From positions 222,394 to 286,393 of the IMG/VR virus record IMGVR_UViG_3300045974_000132: a DNA stretch of 64,000 nt; one strand, given 5' to 3'. Of this stretch, positions 1 through 9,494 are shown in pieces (positions within the stretch are counted from its first letter, which is position 1; every line of letters begins with the position of its first letter). Under the pieces are notes generated by a model, which was given only the letters and a program-made list of their open reading frames with translations, did no database searches and had not been told where the DNA came from. Position numbers and translations under genes: made by a program.

Positions 1-76
1 TCATTCTATTAAAACAGGTATGTCTAAGCGTATGCAAGATGTAACTTGGACAGACAACGTTAAGGTTGCATATTAA
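1..76 (+). CDS. 3' end of an upstream gene (partial)
   Basis: Frame 2 is open from the window edge (HSIKTGMSKRMQDVTWTDNVKVAY) to TAA at 74-76. Confidence 0.55.
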   Translation, partial: HSIKTGMSKRMQDVTWTDNVKVAY

Positions 77-88
77 ATAGGCCATATA

Positions 89-994
89 ATGAAACTTACA
101 CGACGCGGTTTTCTAAAGCTTTCTGGCAGCATGTTCTTGGCAGCAGTTCCTATACCTGCTTTCTGTGAGGTATCTTCTTCTGAGAATGTTATAACTCAGG
201 CTTTGCTAAATCCTAGCATCCCTCTACCTATTACAGCACTGACTGACATAAACAATATCATCTGCTCCGTGCATGAAGCTTATGAATTCATTATCAATAA
301 GTTTGAAGTTAATGATGCAAGAACGCAGTCTTACATGCGCGAGGGTGTATATCAAACTATGCAGGAGTTTCAGTCCCGGCGTCAGATATATGATTTCGCT
401 GTTGTCTGTGATGATTCAAACAACCCTGTGTCTGTCATTGATTCTAATGATCTGATACTAGACGTTGCTATTAAGGTATTTCCTTTTGCAGATGCTCATT
501 TGCGATTTTCAATGCAGGAAGACTTACGGGATGTGATTGATAAGTCTTTGCATATTTCAGATGTGATACTTGTCACCAATGATCTGAATCTGGATGTGCA
601 AACGCTTGCTAAGAGTAAGCCTGCCTTATGCGTATATGCAGTAGCCCAATCTGCAACACCTTCAGACTTAGAGAATTTACACTCGGCTATATGCTCCACC
701 TTTTTTGACAATTATCGTTCACATAAAGAATACGGTGAAGATAATACATTGATGGGGCCGCGCAGAGGACTCCTTAGGTCTGAGCATATGTCTAAGGTGA
801 ATTGGAATAGTACCTACTTGTCACACGCTCAACGCGATGCCGCTTATGCGCGAGGTATAAACTCTTTTACTAACTATCCGGGTATGGGTGTATGTGCCTG
901 GAGTTCATTTGCTTGGTTTAACGGTGTTCTGTATGATCGAACTACCATAACATCTTTTACTTCACGCGATATTTCTTTTGAGGAAGTTGTATGA
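89..994 (+). CDS. Tat-signal protein built from tail-sheath-like segments in permuted order
   Basis: N-terminal TRRGFLK twin-arginine motif plus hydrophobic stretch. FEVNDARTQ..RRQIYDFAVVCDDSNNP..IDSNDLILDVAIK resembles the gp18-type sheath C-terminal domain. GPRRG..QRDAAYARGINSFTNYPGMG resembles the sheath segment that normally precedes it. Confidence 0.7.
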   Translation: MKLTRRGFLKLSGSMFLAAVPIPAFCEVSSSENVITQALLNPSIPLPITALTDINNIICSVHEAYEFIINKFEVNDARTQSYMREGVYQTMQEFQSRRQIYDFAVVCDDSNNPVSVIDSNDLILDVAIKVFPFADAHLRFSMQEDLRDVIDKSLHISDVILVTNDLNLDVQTLAKSKPALCVYAVAQSATPSDLENLHSAICSTFFDNYRSHKEYGEDNTLMGPRRGLLRSEHMSKVNWNSTYLSHAQRDAAYARGINSFTNYPGMGVCAWSSFAWFNGVLYDRTTITSFTSRDISFEEVV

Positions 995-1218
995 CTACGC
1001 CTACGCCTACACAACATGATCTGACACGCGAAGAAGCAATTGCATGGGCTATTGCAAACAACTGTAATTTCCAAGCACCTGTGTTTCCTCCGCCTCAGGG
1101 TTGGATGTGGGCTGATCGAGCAGTTGGTGGGGTGTATAGTATTATTCTTACTCCAGTGTTCACAAATACTGAAGACGCTGAAATAACTATCTCTGATTTA
1201 ATTAAGGATATAACATAA
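991..1218 (+). CDS. hypothetical protein
   Basis: ATGA/TAATG coupling to both neighbours. Confidence 0.7.
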   Translation: MTTPTPTQHDLTREEAIAWAIANNCNFQAPVFPPPQGWMWADRAVGGVYSIILTPVFTNTEDAEITISDLIKDIT

Positions 1219-2213
1219 TGAAACAATACTTAGACCTTCTTCGTCGAATTCGTGATACAGGTACGCGTCAAGCTAATCGCACAGGCATTGATTCAATCTT
1301 TGTACCTGGCGCCATGATGCAGTTTGACCTACGCGAAGGCTTCCCAGCTGTCACAACAAAGAAGTTGTTCTTCAAGAAGACTATTGGTGAGAACATCGGC
1401 TTCTTGCAAGGTAAGGACAACGCTGCTGACTTTCGTGCATTAGGTTGTGACATTTGGGATGGCAATGCTAATCGTGACGGCGTTGATCTTGCAGGTAATG
1501 TAGTACCTAATCTGTGGCTGACAAACAAGAATCGCAAAGGTGAAGATGATCTTGGTCGCATCTATGGTGTGCAATGGCGTCACTGGCGTGGCAAGCCTAT
1601 TCTGAAAGAATCTACTCCTGTATTTTCTGATGCAAAGAATATGCACTTCCTAGCTGAAATGGACTTCATTGAAGTCGATCAAGTTCAAAACATCCTGGCA
1701 AAACTCAAGACCAATCCTACAGATCGTCGCATGATTATCAATGCTTGGCGTCCTGATGAATTCGATCAGATGGCTTTGCCTCCGTGTCACATCATGTACC
1801 AGTTCATTGCCAACGTTGAAAAGAATGAACTGCACCTGTGTATGTACCAGCGTAGCTGTGATATGTTCCTCGGTGTTCCGTTTAATATCGCAGGCTCTTC
1901 GATCTTGCTTACTGTGATTGCTGCTTTGACAGGCTTCCAACCTGCTACCTTCACTCACTTCTTAGCTGATGCTCATATCTATGTGAATCACCTTGAGCAG
2001 ATTGAACTGCAACTCAGTCGTGAACCTAAGCAAGCACCTGTTCTTGCTTACACAGGTCCAGGTAGCGAAGAGTGGAACTCTGAAAATGAAATTCCACTAT
2101 ATTCAAGTGACGGCATTATCTGTGCCTCAGTGTTTGATGAATTGAAGCCTGAACACTTCAACCTTCTTGACTACGATCCGCATCCTGCAATCAAAGCTGA
2201 CATGGCTGTATAA
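1218..2213 (+). CDS. thyA: thymidylate synthase (ThyA)
   Basis: MKQYLDLL, NRTG, FDLREGFPAVTTKK, LGRIYGVQWR, RRMIINAW, MALPPCH (catalytic Cys), YQRSCDMFLGVPFNIA, DAHIYVNH and terminal MAV. Confidence 0.97.
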   Translation: MKQYLDLLRRIRDTGTRQANRTGIDSIFVPGAMMQFDLREGFPAVTTKKLFFKKTIGENIGFLQGKDNAADFRALGCDIWDGNANRDGVDLAGNVVPNLWLTNKNRKGEDDLGRIYGVQWRHWRGKPILKESTPVFSDAKNMHFLAEMDFIEVDQVQNILAKLKTNPTDRRMIINAWRPDEFDQMALPPCHIMYQFIANVEKNELHLCMYQRSCDMFLGVPFNIAGSSILLTVIAALTGFQPATFTHFLADAHIYVNHLEQIELQLSREPKQAPVLAYTGPGSEEWNSENEIPLYSSDGIICASVFDELKPEHFNLLDYDPHPAIKADMAV

Positions 2214-2228
2214 CTAAGGAGAATCAAA

Positions 2229-2648
2229 ATGAATGAAACGAGACCTAAATCTAAAAAAGCTATGGCCCGTGCAGCAAGCGGTAGCACTATATCTGCTCCT
2301 AGCTTTGGTATGAAATCCCCAGGTACGTCTATTGGCGATAGCACACCTTCTATCTCTCAAGTTACCGGTGTATTTAGTACAGCAAATCCTGCTGAAGAAT
2401 TAGCTACACCTACTTCTCAAGCCTTTGATGATCTTCGTACTATGCTTGATGCAACTGCTATGTATGTAAGTCAGCTTGAGCGTCGGTTGAAACCCGTATC
2501 TTCCCAACGTGACTGCGGGGAAGGTAAGATGGAATCATATCCTTCTCGCGGGTCAAGTCCTATTGTTACACACATTGAATCTTTGGCCAACTATGTTCAA
2601 AATCTAAACTGTCAACTTTCTTCCATCATTACTGATCTTGAAATCTAA
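2229..2648 (+). CDS. hypothetical protein (disordered N-terminus, helical C-terminus)
   Basis: AAGGAG RBS, in operon. Confidence 0.75.
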   Translation: MNETRPKSKKAMARAASGSTISAPSFGMKSPGTSIGDSTPSISQVTGVFSTANPAEELATPTSQAFDDLRTMLDATAMYVSQLERRLKPVSSQRDCGEGKMESYPSRGSSPIVTHIESLANYVQNLNCQLSSIITDLEI

Positions 2649-2653
2649 TCACC

Positions 2654-3619
2654 ATGACTAAATCTACACAAGCTTCATCCAATAAAATCACCATCAATCA
2701 CATGTACGACCTCTATGAGTTGTACGCGGTTATGTACTCACGCGACTATGCTTGGAAGGCAGCAGAAGCTCGGGGCCTAAGTTATGTTATGACCCAGGCT
2801 GCAATCCGTTCTAAGAAGCTCCTTGCTCAAGGCAAGAAAGCTTATGACTATGCTAAGAACGGTTTCAACGTGCTTGAAGTATTCAGCGGCAAGGGTGAGC
2901 ATCTTCCTCACGTTAAGCTGCCTAAAGACCTTACACTGAAGTCTTACACCCATAATGATCTTCGTAATCATACAGGTGTTGCTACAAACTTTGTTCAAGG
3001 TGACGCACTGACCACTAAGTTTGATGGTCACAACTTTGCTTGTGCTTTGTTCTATAGCATGAGCAGCCTTCATGATGAACACGGGTCCCACAATCGGAAG
3101 TATCTGATCCAGCTGTTCAAGAACATGTATGACAGTCTGCCTGAAGGCGGCTGCTTCTTCGTAGACTTCTGCCCAGATGGTTATCGTCTAAGCTTGTCTG
3201 TTGAATCTACTGACAACGAAGACATGGCTGAAATCACCGTTGATCCTAATGCTGATCTTCGTGAACGTTTCAACATTCCTTTTGATGTTGAGTGTAAGCT
3301 CCGGTACAAGAAGCATGTGTATTATGATCGTTCATTGGCTCAGTGCTTCGATCAATTCACTACACCCGTTTCAATCATGGTCGGTAACAAGACTGTTGCC
3401 AGTATTACAATCGAAGAACCGATGACTCAGCGGTATTTCTCTGAAGCAGAGTTGGCCGATATTGCTCGGGAAGCTGGCTTCAAAGACTTCATGTTCTTCG
3501 ACCTCAACTACTCCAATAGTGATTTCAGTGTTGCTGAAAACATTGTTGAAAGCGATGAAGGTATTGAAACTGAAGAAGCGGACGGCTATATGGTTAACGG
3601 CATGATGGTGATAAAATAA
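2654..3619 (+). CDS. class I SAM-dependent methyltransferase-like protein
   Basis: Motif I-like VLEVFSGKGEH, FVQGDA, and LFKNMYDSLPEGGCFFVD (motif of the L.PGG.F..D type). Confidence 0.75.
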   Translation: MTKSTQASSNKITINHMYDLYELYAVMYSRDYAWKAAEARGLSYVMTQAAIRSKKLLAQGKKAYDYAKNGFNVLEVFSGKGEHLPHVKLPKDLTLKSYTHNDLRNHTGVATNFVQGDALTTKFDGHNFACALFYSMSSLHDEHGSHNRKYLIQLFKNMYDSLPEGGCFFVDFCPDGYRLSLSVESTDNEDMAEITVDPNADLRERFNIPFDVECKLRYKKHVYYDRSLAQCFDQFTTPVSIMVGNKTVASITIEEPMTQRYFSEAELADIAREAGFKDFMFFDLNYSNSDFSVAENIVESDEGIETEEADGYMVNGMMVIK

Positions 3620-4245
3620 TGCTTACACCTGATCAAATTGAACATAACTGGAATGAGCTTCAACGTTACATTCCTGAGCATCTAAAACCTATCTTCTCTC
3701 GTTACAATCACGATGTGCAAGTAGAGGATGTTCAAATACTAGGACTCATGTGTGCACCTGCTGGTAAGGGTGTGCATCATGCTTATCAAGGAGGCTTAGT
3801 TGAGCATATCCTTGAAATGGTCTACTATCTCAATTCTTTTGATAGTCTTCTTGACGAGAGTGATAATCGTGCTTCCTTGGATCACGCAGCTATGATTGAA
3901 GGCGCTCTGTTGCATGATATTCATAAAGGCTTCATGCACTTCTATGTACAGAAGGACGGTAGCTTTGATTACTACAAGGGTGCTTGGAACGCTTTCAACA
4001 CACCTAATCAAAAAACTATTGCTATGCTGATGGAGTGCGATGTTATTATCAGTCCGAAAGTATTGCACATCCTCAATTGTAGTGAAGGCGGCTGGGCTGA
4101 GAATGCTCCTCGCGAAGCAACGGTAGAAGCAAAGCTCGTTTATGTTGCAGATGAATTGAGCGTTGTCAATAGCCGTCTCAAGCAAGGTAACACTAAATCT
4201 ATTCGTGACCAAAAGCCTTCTTGGTTTGATCTATCCGCTTTTTAA
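3619..4245 (+). CDS. HD-domain phosphohydrolase (YhaM/Cbf-like)
   Basis: PAGKGVHHAYQGGLVEH, ALLHDIHK and distal ADE. Confidence 0.88.
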   Translation: MLTPDQIEHNWNELQRYIPEHLKPIFSRYNHDVQVEDVQILGLMCAPAGKGVHHAYQGGLVEHILEMVYYLNSFDSLLDESDNRASLDHAAMIEGALLHDIHKGFMHFYVQKDGSFDYYKGAWNAFNTPNQKTIAMLMECDVIISPKVLHILNCSEGGWAENAPREATVEAKLVYVADELSVVNSRLKQGNTKSIRDQKPSWFDLSAF

Positions 4246-4254
4246 AAGGTACTT

Positions 4255-4701
4255 ATGTCACAACATCCTCTTCCCATTACATCTAAAAAAGGTGTATCTA
4301 CTCGCTGCTTTGTTGAATATGAAATCGACCTAGGTGGTAGTGAGCTTAAACTTCAAACACCTGTGCTGTTCAAGCGTATCCTGCGCGTGGGTACTAAGTT
4401 TATTGTCGTCGCTGAGATTCTCGGTAATCCTGTGGCGGAGTATTCTTTGCAAATTCTCCAAGTAGCTTCAATGAACTACATCCCACTAAGTGCGAAGTAC
4501 ATTGATTCTATAGTGCTTGCAGATAGTACCTTGGTGCATTTCTTTGCTCAACCTAAGGGCGCAAGTACCGATACTTCTGCACCAGTATCTGAACTAGCGG
4601 CTGCTCAAGTACGTCGTCCTACTAGCCCTCCTCGCGAAGAAGACCTAGTACGTCAAAGTAAGAGCAATCTTCGTGAACAAGTAAAGAACGACAAGGAATA
4701 A
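4255..4701 (+). CDS. hypothetical protein
   Basis: ORF with AAGG RBS, in operon. Confidence 0.7.
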   Translation: MSQHPLPITSKKGVSTRCFVEYEIDLGGSELKLQTPVLFKRILRVGTKFIVVAEILGNPVAEYSLQILQVASMNYIPLSAKYIDSIVLADSTLVHFFAQPKGASTDTSAPVSELAAAQVRRPTSPPREEDLVRQSKSNLREQVKNDKE

Positions 4702-4705
4702 TATC

Positions 4706-5407
4706 ATGCACGTAATCCCACTCGGTACCGGCGGCGCTTTTGATGAATACGAAACCTGTTACCTAGTTAATGATTCTGTTTTGATTGACTGCGGTCCGTC
4801 TTCAATCAAACGAGCATTCCGGTATGGGTGGGCTGAAGATATTACTCACGTGTTCCTTAGTCACATACATGCAGACCACATTGGTGGTTTTGAAGCCTTG
4901 TACTACTATCGCAAGTATGTGACTAAGACACCTATCAAGGAAGTATATTGTCCGGGTGAATTCTATAAGCTTGCAAAGCAAATGCCTTTCTTACGTAACA
5001 ATAAGGTCAACTTCCAGTTCAACTTCCTAGCAAGCTATTCCAGCAACTTCGTATTTATTGATACTGAGTTTGGTACTATAGGTGTACAACCGTTTCATGT
5101 GCTGCACGGTGAACTAGAAGCTTACGGCTTTACTATCATTGACCAAGCAACTGGTAAAGTATTAATCATATCAGGTGATACAGACGGCCCTGTTAATGCT
5201 CGCCGCAGTAAATTTGATCTTATGTTTCATGACATAGGATGGGAAGGTCTACCCACTGAGTCTGATGACCATAAAGTTCATCCTCGTGAGTCCGAACTCG
5301 TAGAAGCTTTTGGGGAAGGGGCACCGATTGTTACAATTCACACCGCTGATCGTACTCCCCTTGGTGTATATCCCCGCGCTAAAATTGATAAGGTGTACAA
5401 TGTCTGA
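4706..5407 (+). CDS. metallo-beta-lactamase-fold hydrolase, Apyc1 (anti-Pycsar)-like
   Basis: LGTGGAF, LIDCG, SHIHADHIGGFE (HxHxDH), SGDT, MFHD, KVH and IHTAD. The MBL fold is certain. The Apyc1 subtype is from recalled motif similarity. Confidence 0.8.
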   Translation: MHVIPLGTGGAFDEYETCYLVNDSVLIDCGPSSIKRAFRYGWAEDITHVFLSHIHADHIGGFEALYYYRKYVTKTPIKEVYCPGEFYKLAKQMPFLRNNKVNFQFNFLASYSSNFVFIDTEFGTIGVQPFHVLHGELEAYGFTIIDQATGKVLIISGDTDGPVNARRSKFDLMFHDIGWEGLPTESDDHKVHPRESELVEAFGEGAPIVTIHTADRTPLGVYPRAKIDKVYNV

Positions 5408-6782
5408 TAACAAACCGTTAGTTGTGTATCACAAAATCTCAGAGGCTCTCGATTGCTCTGATGGTTTTGCGTCTGCTTTTGTATTCTGGTTGCGCCACGG
5501 TGATAGCTATGACTACGTACCGGGTATGTACCATAAGAGGCTACCTCTTGAACTCTTTAAAGATCGTGAAGTTTATTTCGTAGACTTTGCCTATGATGAT
5601 ACCGAGTACATGGATCAGATAAATTCAGTTTCTGAATCGTTATTAGTGCTAGACCACCATAGAACTTCGATGATCTCTTTAGGCACTAAGCCTTATGCTA
5701 GATTGGACACTAAAAGTTGCGGCTGCAAGATGGCTTGGGATCTTTTATTTCCAACTCTTCCTTTTCCTTTGATGCTCGATCAGGTGTTTGATAAAGATGT
5801 CCAGTCTAAAAGACTTGCAGATAATGAGCCTTTTATGCAACGCTTACGTAGTATGCCCAATGACTTTAAAGTATGGCATAAGCTCCAGCTTACGTTAGAT
5901 ACTCGTGGCCCTGCATATGATAAGTTTGTTAAAGAAGGCGACCTCCTTCTCGCTGGGCATAATCAACATTGTGATATTATTGCAGCCAGTGCTTTTCCTA
6001 TTGTCTTAGGTGGCATTGAAGGGCTTGCAGTAAATGCTAATAAGTTTTATGCCCATGACGTAGGTGAACTTCTTGCACTAAAGTCTAATACTTTTGGAGC
6101 CTCTTTCCATTTTCGTGAAGATAACTGTGTAGAATTCAGCCTTACAAGTGTAAATGACTTTGATGTAGAAAAGCTTGCCTTTAAGTATAAAGGAGGAGGC
6201 CATATTAACGCATCCGGCTTCTATATTCCTATTACAAGCTTCTCCAGCATAGTCGACCTTTCAAGTAAGAATGTTTCCTTCTATCTTACTCTTCAAACGC
6301 ACATTGATGAATTCTGCACATCGTATTCTGCACCTTTATTCAGTGAGCAAGCTTCTCATAGGATTGTGCATGATCTAGCAGAATACCTATCTACTAAGTT
6401 GGGTAGTGTGGTAGATGAACTTCAGATTAAAGTCACTACAGTTCGTTCTGAGAATATTGCCCTTAATACTCGAATCCTTCTGTTCATTGCTAATACACTG
6501 AATCTACCTATGAAGGACTCTAAGAAACGATGGTATCATCATATACTTCCTTACAAGATAAAATCAGTTCCTGTATATGACGACAGCCAGATTTCAGAAC
6601 TGCTGGAGTTAGCCCGTTCTGATAATCAAGCGGATACTAACGATTTCATCGTTAACAACCTTCTTCAAACTGTAAAATATAGGTATGAAGCAACACTTAT
6701 AGACCCTACTGCTTATGAAGCATCTGTCAACGTTAGCTTCCCTAATAGCAATTTCTTCATCCAACATAAATTCTCTGTCTAA
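5400..6782 (+). CDS. DHH-DHHA1 phosphoesterase with an extra C-terminal domain
   Basis: Start at ATG 5400 (MSDNKPLVVYH). Motifs DCSDGFASA, VDF, LDHH and GGGHINASGF. About 170 additional C-terminal residues. Confidence 0.88.
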   Translation: MSDNKPLVVYHKISEALDCSDGFASAFVFWLRHGDSYDYVPGMYHKRLPLELFKDREVYFVDFAYDDTEYMDQINSVSESLLVLDHHRTSMISLGTKPYARLDTKSCGCKMAWDLLFPTLPFPLMLDQVFDKDVQSKRLADNEPFMQRLRSMPNDFKVWHKLQLTLDTRGPAYDKFVKEGDLLLAGHNQHCDIIAASAFPIVLGGIEGLAVNANKFYAHDVGELLALKSNTFGASFHFREDNCVEFSLTSVNDFDVEKLAFKYKGGGHINASGFYIPITSFSSIVDLSSKNVSFYLTLQTHIDEFCTSYSAPLFSEQASHRIVHDLAEYLSTKLGSVVDELQIKVTTVRSENIALNTRILLFIANTLNLPMKDSKKRWYHHILPYKIKSVPVYDDSQISELLELARSDNQADTNDFIVNNLLQTVKYRYEATLIDPTAYEASVNVSFPNSNFFIQHKFSV

Positions 6783-6794
6783 GGAATACACACC

Positions 6795-7493
6795 ATGATT
6801 TTCAATACTCCCGCTCACCCTCTTAAACTTACCGGAACGGTATTCAAAGCTATTGATCCTTTAACCGGTGAGCGCGACTCTTATATCAGTTTGGCCATTC
6901 GTACTGCCTCTCCTTTGAATGATCGCCAGAATCTGCTTCATGCGGTACTGGGTATTGCTGATGAACTGGTTGAACTCGGTAGCTTAATCCGCTATGAGCA
7001 ACCTGTTGAAGGTGCTGTATCGGCTTTTGAAAAGTTTAATCTAGCCCTGATTAAAGAGCTAGGCGACATTACTTGGTTTACGGCTCTGTTCGCTGATTGG
7101 GTTCAAAAGGTAAGCTTGGATGTTGATGCCAACACTCTATTTACTCAAATGGTTGAGACATCTACCAATAACTTCTTGGCTACTAAAGAAGTTAGTCAAG
7201 GTGATACCTCTGATGATCTTATCAGCGACATCTATCAAGAAGGTGTGTACGGTACTGTTGGTCGGTGTATTTCTTTGACTAAGAAGGAATACGCTTACGG
7301 TAAGCCGATGTCCTTAGATGCTGCTCAACGCTTGTTTGAGGAAGCTCTTACTATCGTTATGACCGTTACTGGTGAAAAGAATATTCCTTTTCTTGATGTG
7401 CTGGATCGCAACATTGAAAAGCTTTCTGCTCGTTACAAGAAAGCAACCTTCACGCAAGAAGAAGCTATCAATCGTGATGAAACGAAGGAGTAA
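6795..7493 (+). CDS. MazG-like NTP pyrophosphohydrolase
   Basis: LLHAVLGIADELVEL, KELGDITWF and NIEKLSARY. Confidence 0.82.
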   Translation: MIFNTPAHPLKLTGTVFKAIDPLTGERDSYISLAIRTASPLNDRQNLLHAVLGIADELVELGSLIRYEQPVEGAVSAFEKFNLALIKELGDITWFTALFADWVQKVSLDVDANTLFTQMVETSTNNFLATKEVSQGDTSDDLISDIYQEGVYGTVGRCISLTKKEYAYGKPMSLDAAQRLFEEALTIVMTVTGEKNIPFLDVLDRNIEKLSARYKKATFTQEEAINRDETKE

Positions 7494-7495
7494 TC

Positions 7496-7897
7496 ATGGC
7501 ACCTGATACTCCACCCTCTGCACAAGCTGTCCTAAACGGCTTTGAAGAACTGTATGTAGCCAGTACCTATTATGCAAATCTGCGTAAAGCTTTGTATGAA
7601 ATAGAAGCTACCACTTTTACAATGATGGATATTTCTGTACAGGATAACATCATTGCTTCGATCCAAACAAGCTTGCTTCATTTCTTTCTGGAAGTTGGTG
7701 GGTTGTTAGAAGATAATTATTCTTTTGATCCCTTTATCAACATCAACTTCCACAGTGACTTGTGTACGGCTCACTACATACCTTTTGCTATCACTATGCT
7801 GTTTGACAAGAAGGGTGACGAAAAAGACTTAGGGCTTCTTTCAGTTCTATTCAGTCTCACAATCCTTGAAGGTCGTATTGTTCTGCGATGCGAATAA
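7496..7897 (+). CDS. hypothetical protein
   Basis: AAGGAG RBS, in operon. Confidence 0.7.
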   Translation: MAPDTPPSAQAVLNGFEELYVASTYYANLRKALYEIEATTFTMMDISVQDNIIASIQTSLLHFFLEVGGLLEDNYSFDPFININFHSDLCTAHYIPFAITMLFDKKGDEKDLGLLSVLFSLTILEGRIVLRCE

Positions 7898-8229
7898 CCA
7901 CTTTCCAGTGGCAACAACGAGTCTTCACCGCTAAGTCATACAAGATCAAGAAGGAAATGGTCGAGTGTGTAGCTTCAGATGGTGAAGCTCGTTCTTTCCC
8001 ACTTAAAGACCTTATCTGGGTGAATGAACTAAAACGTGGTAAGCATATTCGTTTTCGAGTCTGCTATCGTGTTAAGCAGGAAGTTAGTGGTGTTCAGATA
8101 AAGAGCATTAAAAACTCTCCAGCTGTTCCCGGATTCTCAACTGCTATTCTTCCTGACGGTAGTACTCTACTTGTTAATAGGAAGTTGAATACTTTATATC
8201 GTAAGGACCCTCCTGATGCAAGTCGGTGA
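7888..8229 (+). CDS. hypothetical basic protein
   Basis: Short overlaps with both neighbours. Confidence 0.65.
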   Translation: MRITTFQWQQRVFTAKSYKIKKEMVECVASDGEARSFPLKDLIWVNELKRGKHIRFRVCYRVKQEVSGVQIKSIKNSPAVPGFSTAILPDGSTLLVNRKLNTLYRKDPPDASR

Positions 8230-9169
8230 ATACATAATCCTAGCAATCACGCCTATCAAGAATGTTTTAGGGCGCGTAGTCAAGATGGATAAAGAACGAA
8301 AGAAGTATCAAGCTGTTCTTGAAAAAGATAGCGTCGATGGTCAAAATGTTCCGTTTGACTTTAAGCTTGCTGAGGTAGTTGCTTACTTAGGTAGATCACC
8401 TAAAGCAGGTAGTGCGTACGGTGTTCAAGTAGAGCCTCTTCGTGAGCGTATCGACCATTCGTATTGGGGCGAGATTCGTATCTTTGCTGAGATTGATGAC
8501 AACCAGCGTAAAGCAATACGCCTTGCTCTGAAACTCACCAAAGAGAAGCTTGCAAAGATGCGTATGCCTCAGCTTCCTTTGACTGTTGAGATTCGTGAGC
8601 AAAAAGGTAAGCTGCGCGGTTTTTACAAGCACAAGCCTAAAGCAGAGTTTGATACCCTGTGCGCAAAAATCGACGAAGGTGTTTCAGAAATGGACTATAT
8701 CGTGTCGCACGAATACGCGCATGGTATTTGGTTCCGTCACATGACACCTAAGCAGCGCATGTCATGGGTACGTCTATACCATGATGCGATCACGTTGAAT
8801 GATGTTGCACCGAAAGAACTCAAAGCAATTCTTGAAGACCTCAAGAGTAACGGTGATCTTCGTTCGTATGCTAAGGAAGTTGAGGAAGAAACATTGTTAA
8901 TCCTCAAAGCTGTCTTCCGTCATATCAGTCAGGTTCACTCTATTACTCGCCAGCACTTTGAAATGGCTTTGATGCTAGGTGACGATGTATCTGTCTACTG
9001 GCCGAAGAGTGTAGAGCTTAGTGAGAAGAATGTACTCCTAACGGAATACTCAAAACGCTCGCCTGAGGAATTATGGGCAGAAGCCTTTGCTTTGCATTTT
9101 ACAGGCAAAAAATTACCTAGTAAGATACATGATCTTCTTGATCGGCACATGCGTACCTTAGTTAAGTGA
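8216..9169 (+). CDS. zincin-type metallopeptidase-like protein
   Basis: HEYAH (HExxH) plus distal EY...SPEELWAEAF third-ligand motif. Confidence 0.72.
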   Translation: MQVGEYIILAITPIKNVLGRVVKMDKERKKYQAVLEKDSVDGQNVPFDFKLAEVVAYLGRSPKAGSAYGVQVEPLRERIDHSYWGEIRIFAEIDDNQRKAIRLALKLTKEKLAKMRMPQLPLTVEIREQKGKLRGFYKHKPKAEFDTLCAKIDEGVSEMDYIVSHEYAHGIWFRHMTPKQRMSWVRLYHDAITLNDVAPKELKAILEDLKSNGDLRSYAKEVEEETLLILKAVFRHISQVHSITRQHFEMALMLGDDVSVYWPKSVELSEKNVLLTEYSKRSPEELWAEAFALHFTGKKLPSKIHDLLDRHMRTLVK

Positions 9170-9176
9170 GGCTTAT

Positions 9177-9494
9177 ATGGGTGCAGTTACTGGTTTAGAT
9201 TATACACCTGTTACACGATATGAAAATACTCATACGAATGATGAACTTATAAGCCTAGCCCTTAACTCTCCTAGCGATCTTGTTAAAGAGCTTGGGCTAC
9301 GTTTGCATCTTGCACTATTAGGTGAGTACGATGATGAAGGCAATCCTAAGTCTGACGGAGAGGAAAAAGAATTCTCCGTTACTAAGGTTAAGGGTAATGT
9401 GATTACATGTCAAGACGCAGCAACATTTCAAGTTACCTGCCCGGGTTGCTATCATCCTTTTAAACTTATTCAATCGTTAAATGAAAGAACATAA
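9177..9494 (+). CDS. hypothetical protein with C-terminal CxxC
   Basis: GAGG RBS and TCPGC. Confidence 0.7.
   Translation: MGAVTGLDYTPVTRYENTHTNDELISLALNSPSDLVKELGLRLHLALLGEYDDEGNPKSDGEEKEFSVTKVKGNVITCQDAATFQVTCPGCYHPFKLIQSLNERT

Noticed and set aside
89-994. The true tail sheath gene of the phage
   Set aside because: It is too short, the segments are in reversed order, it carries a signal peptide, and it lies outside the structural block.
1218-2213. thyA as a dCMP hydroxymethylase, or carrying an intron or intein
   Set aside because: It retains the dUMP-specifying Asn in VPFNIA. The ORF is continuous with only short loop insertions.
5310-5399. Track start of the DHH gene at 5310
   Set aside because: It is a TTG start deep inside the MBL gene. 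The DHH motifs begin right after ATG 5400, which has an AAGG RBS.
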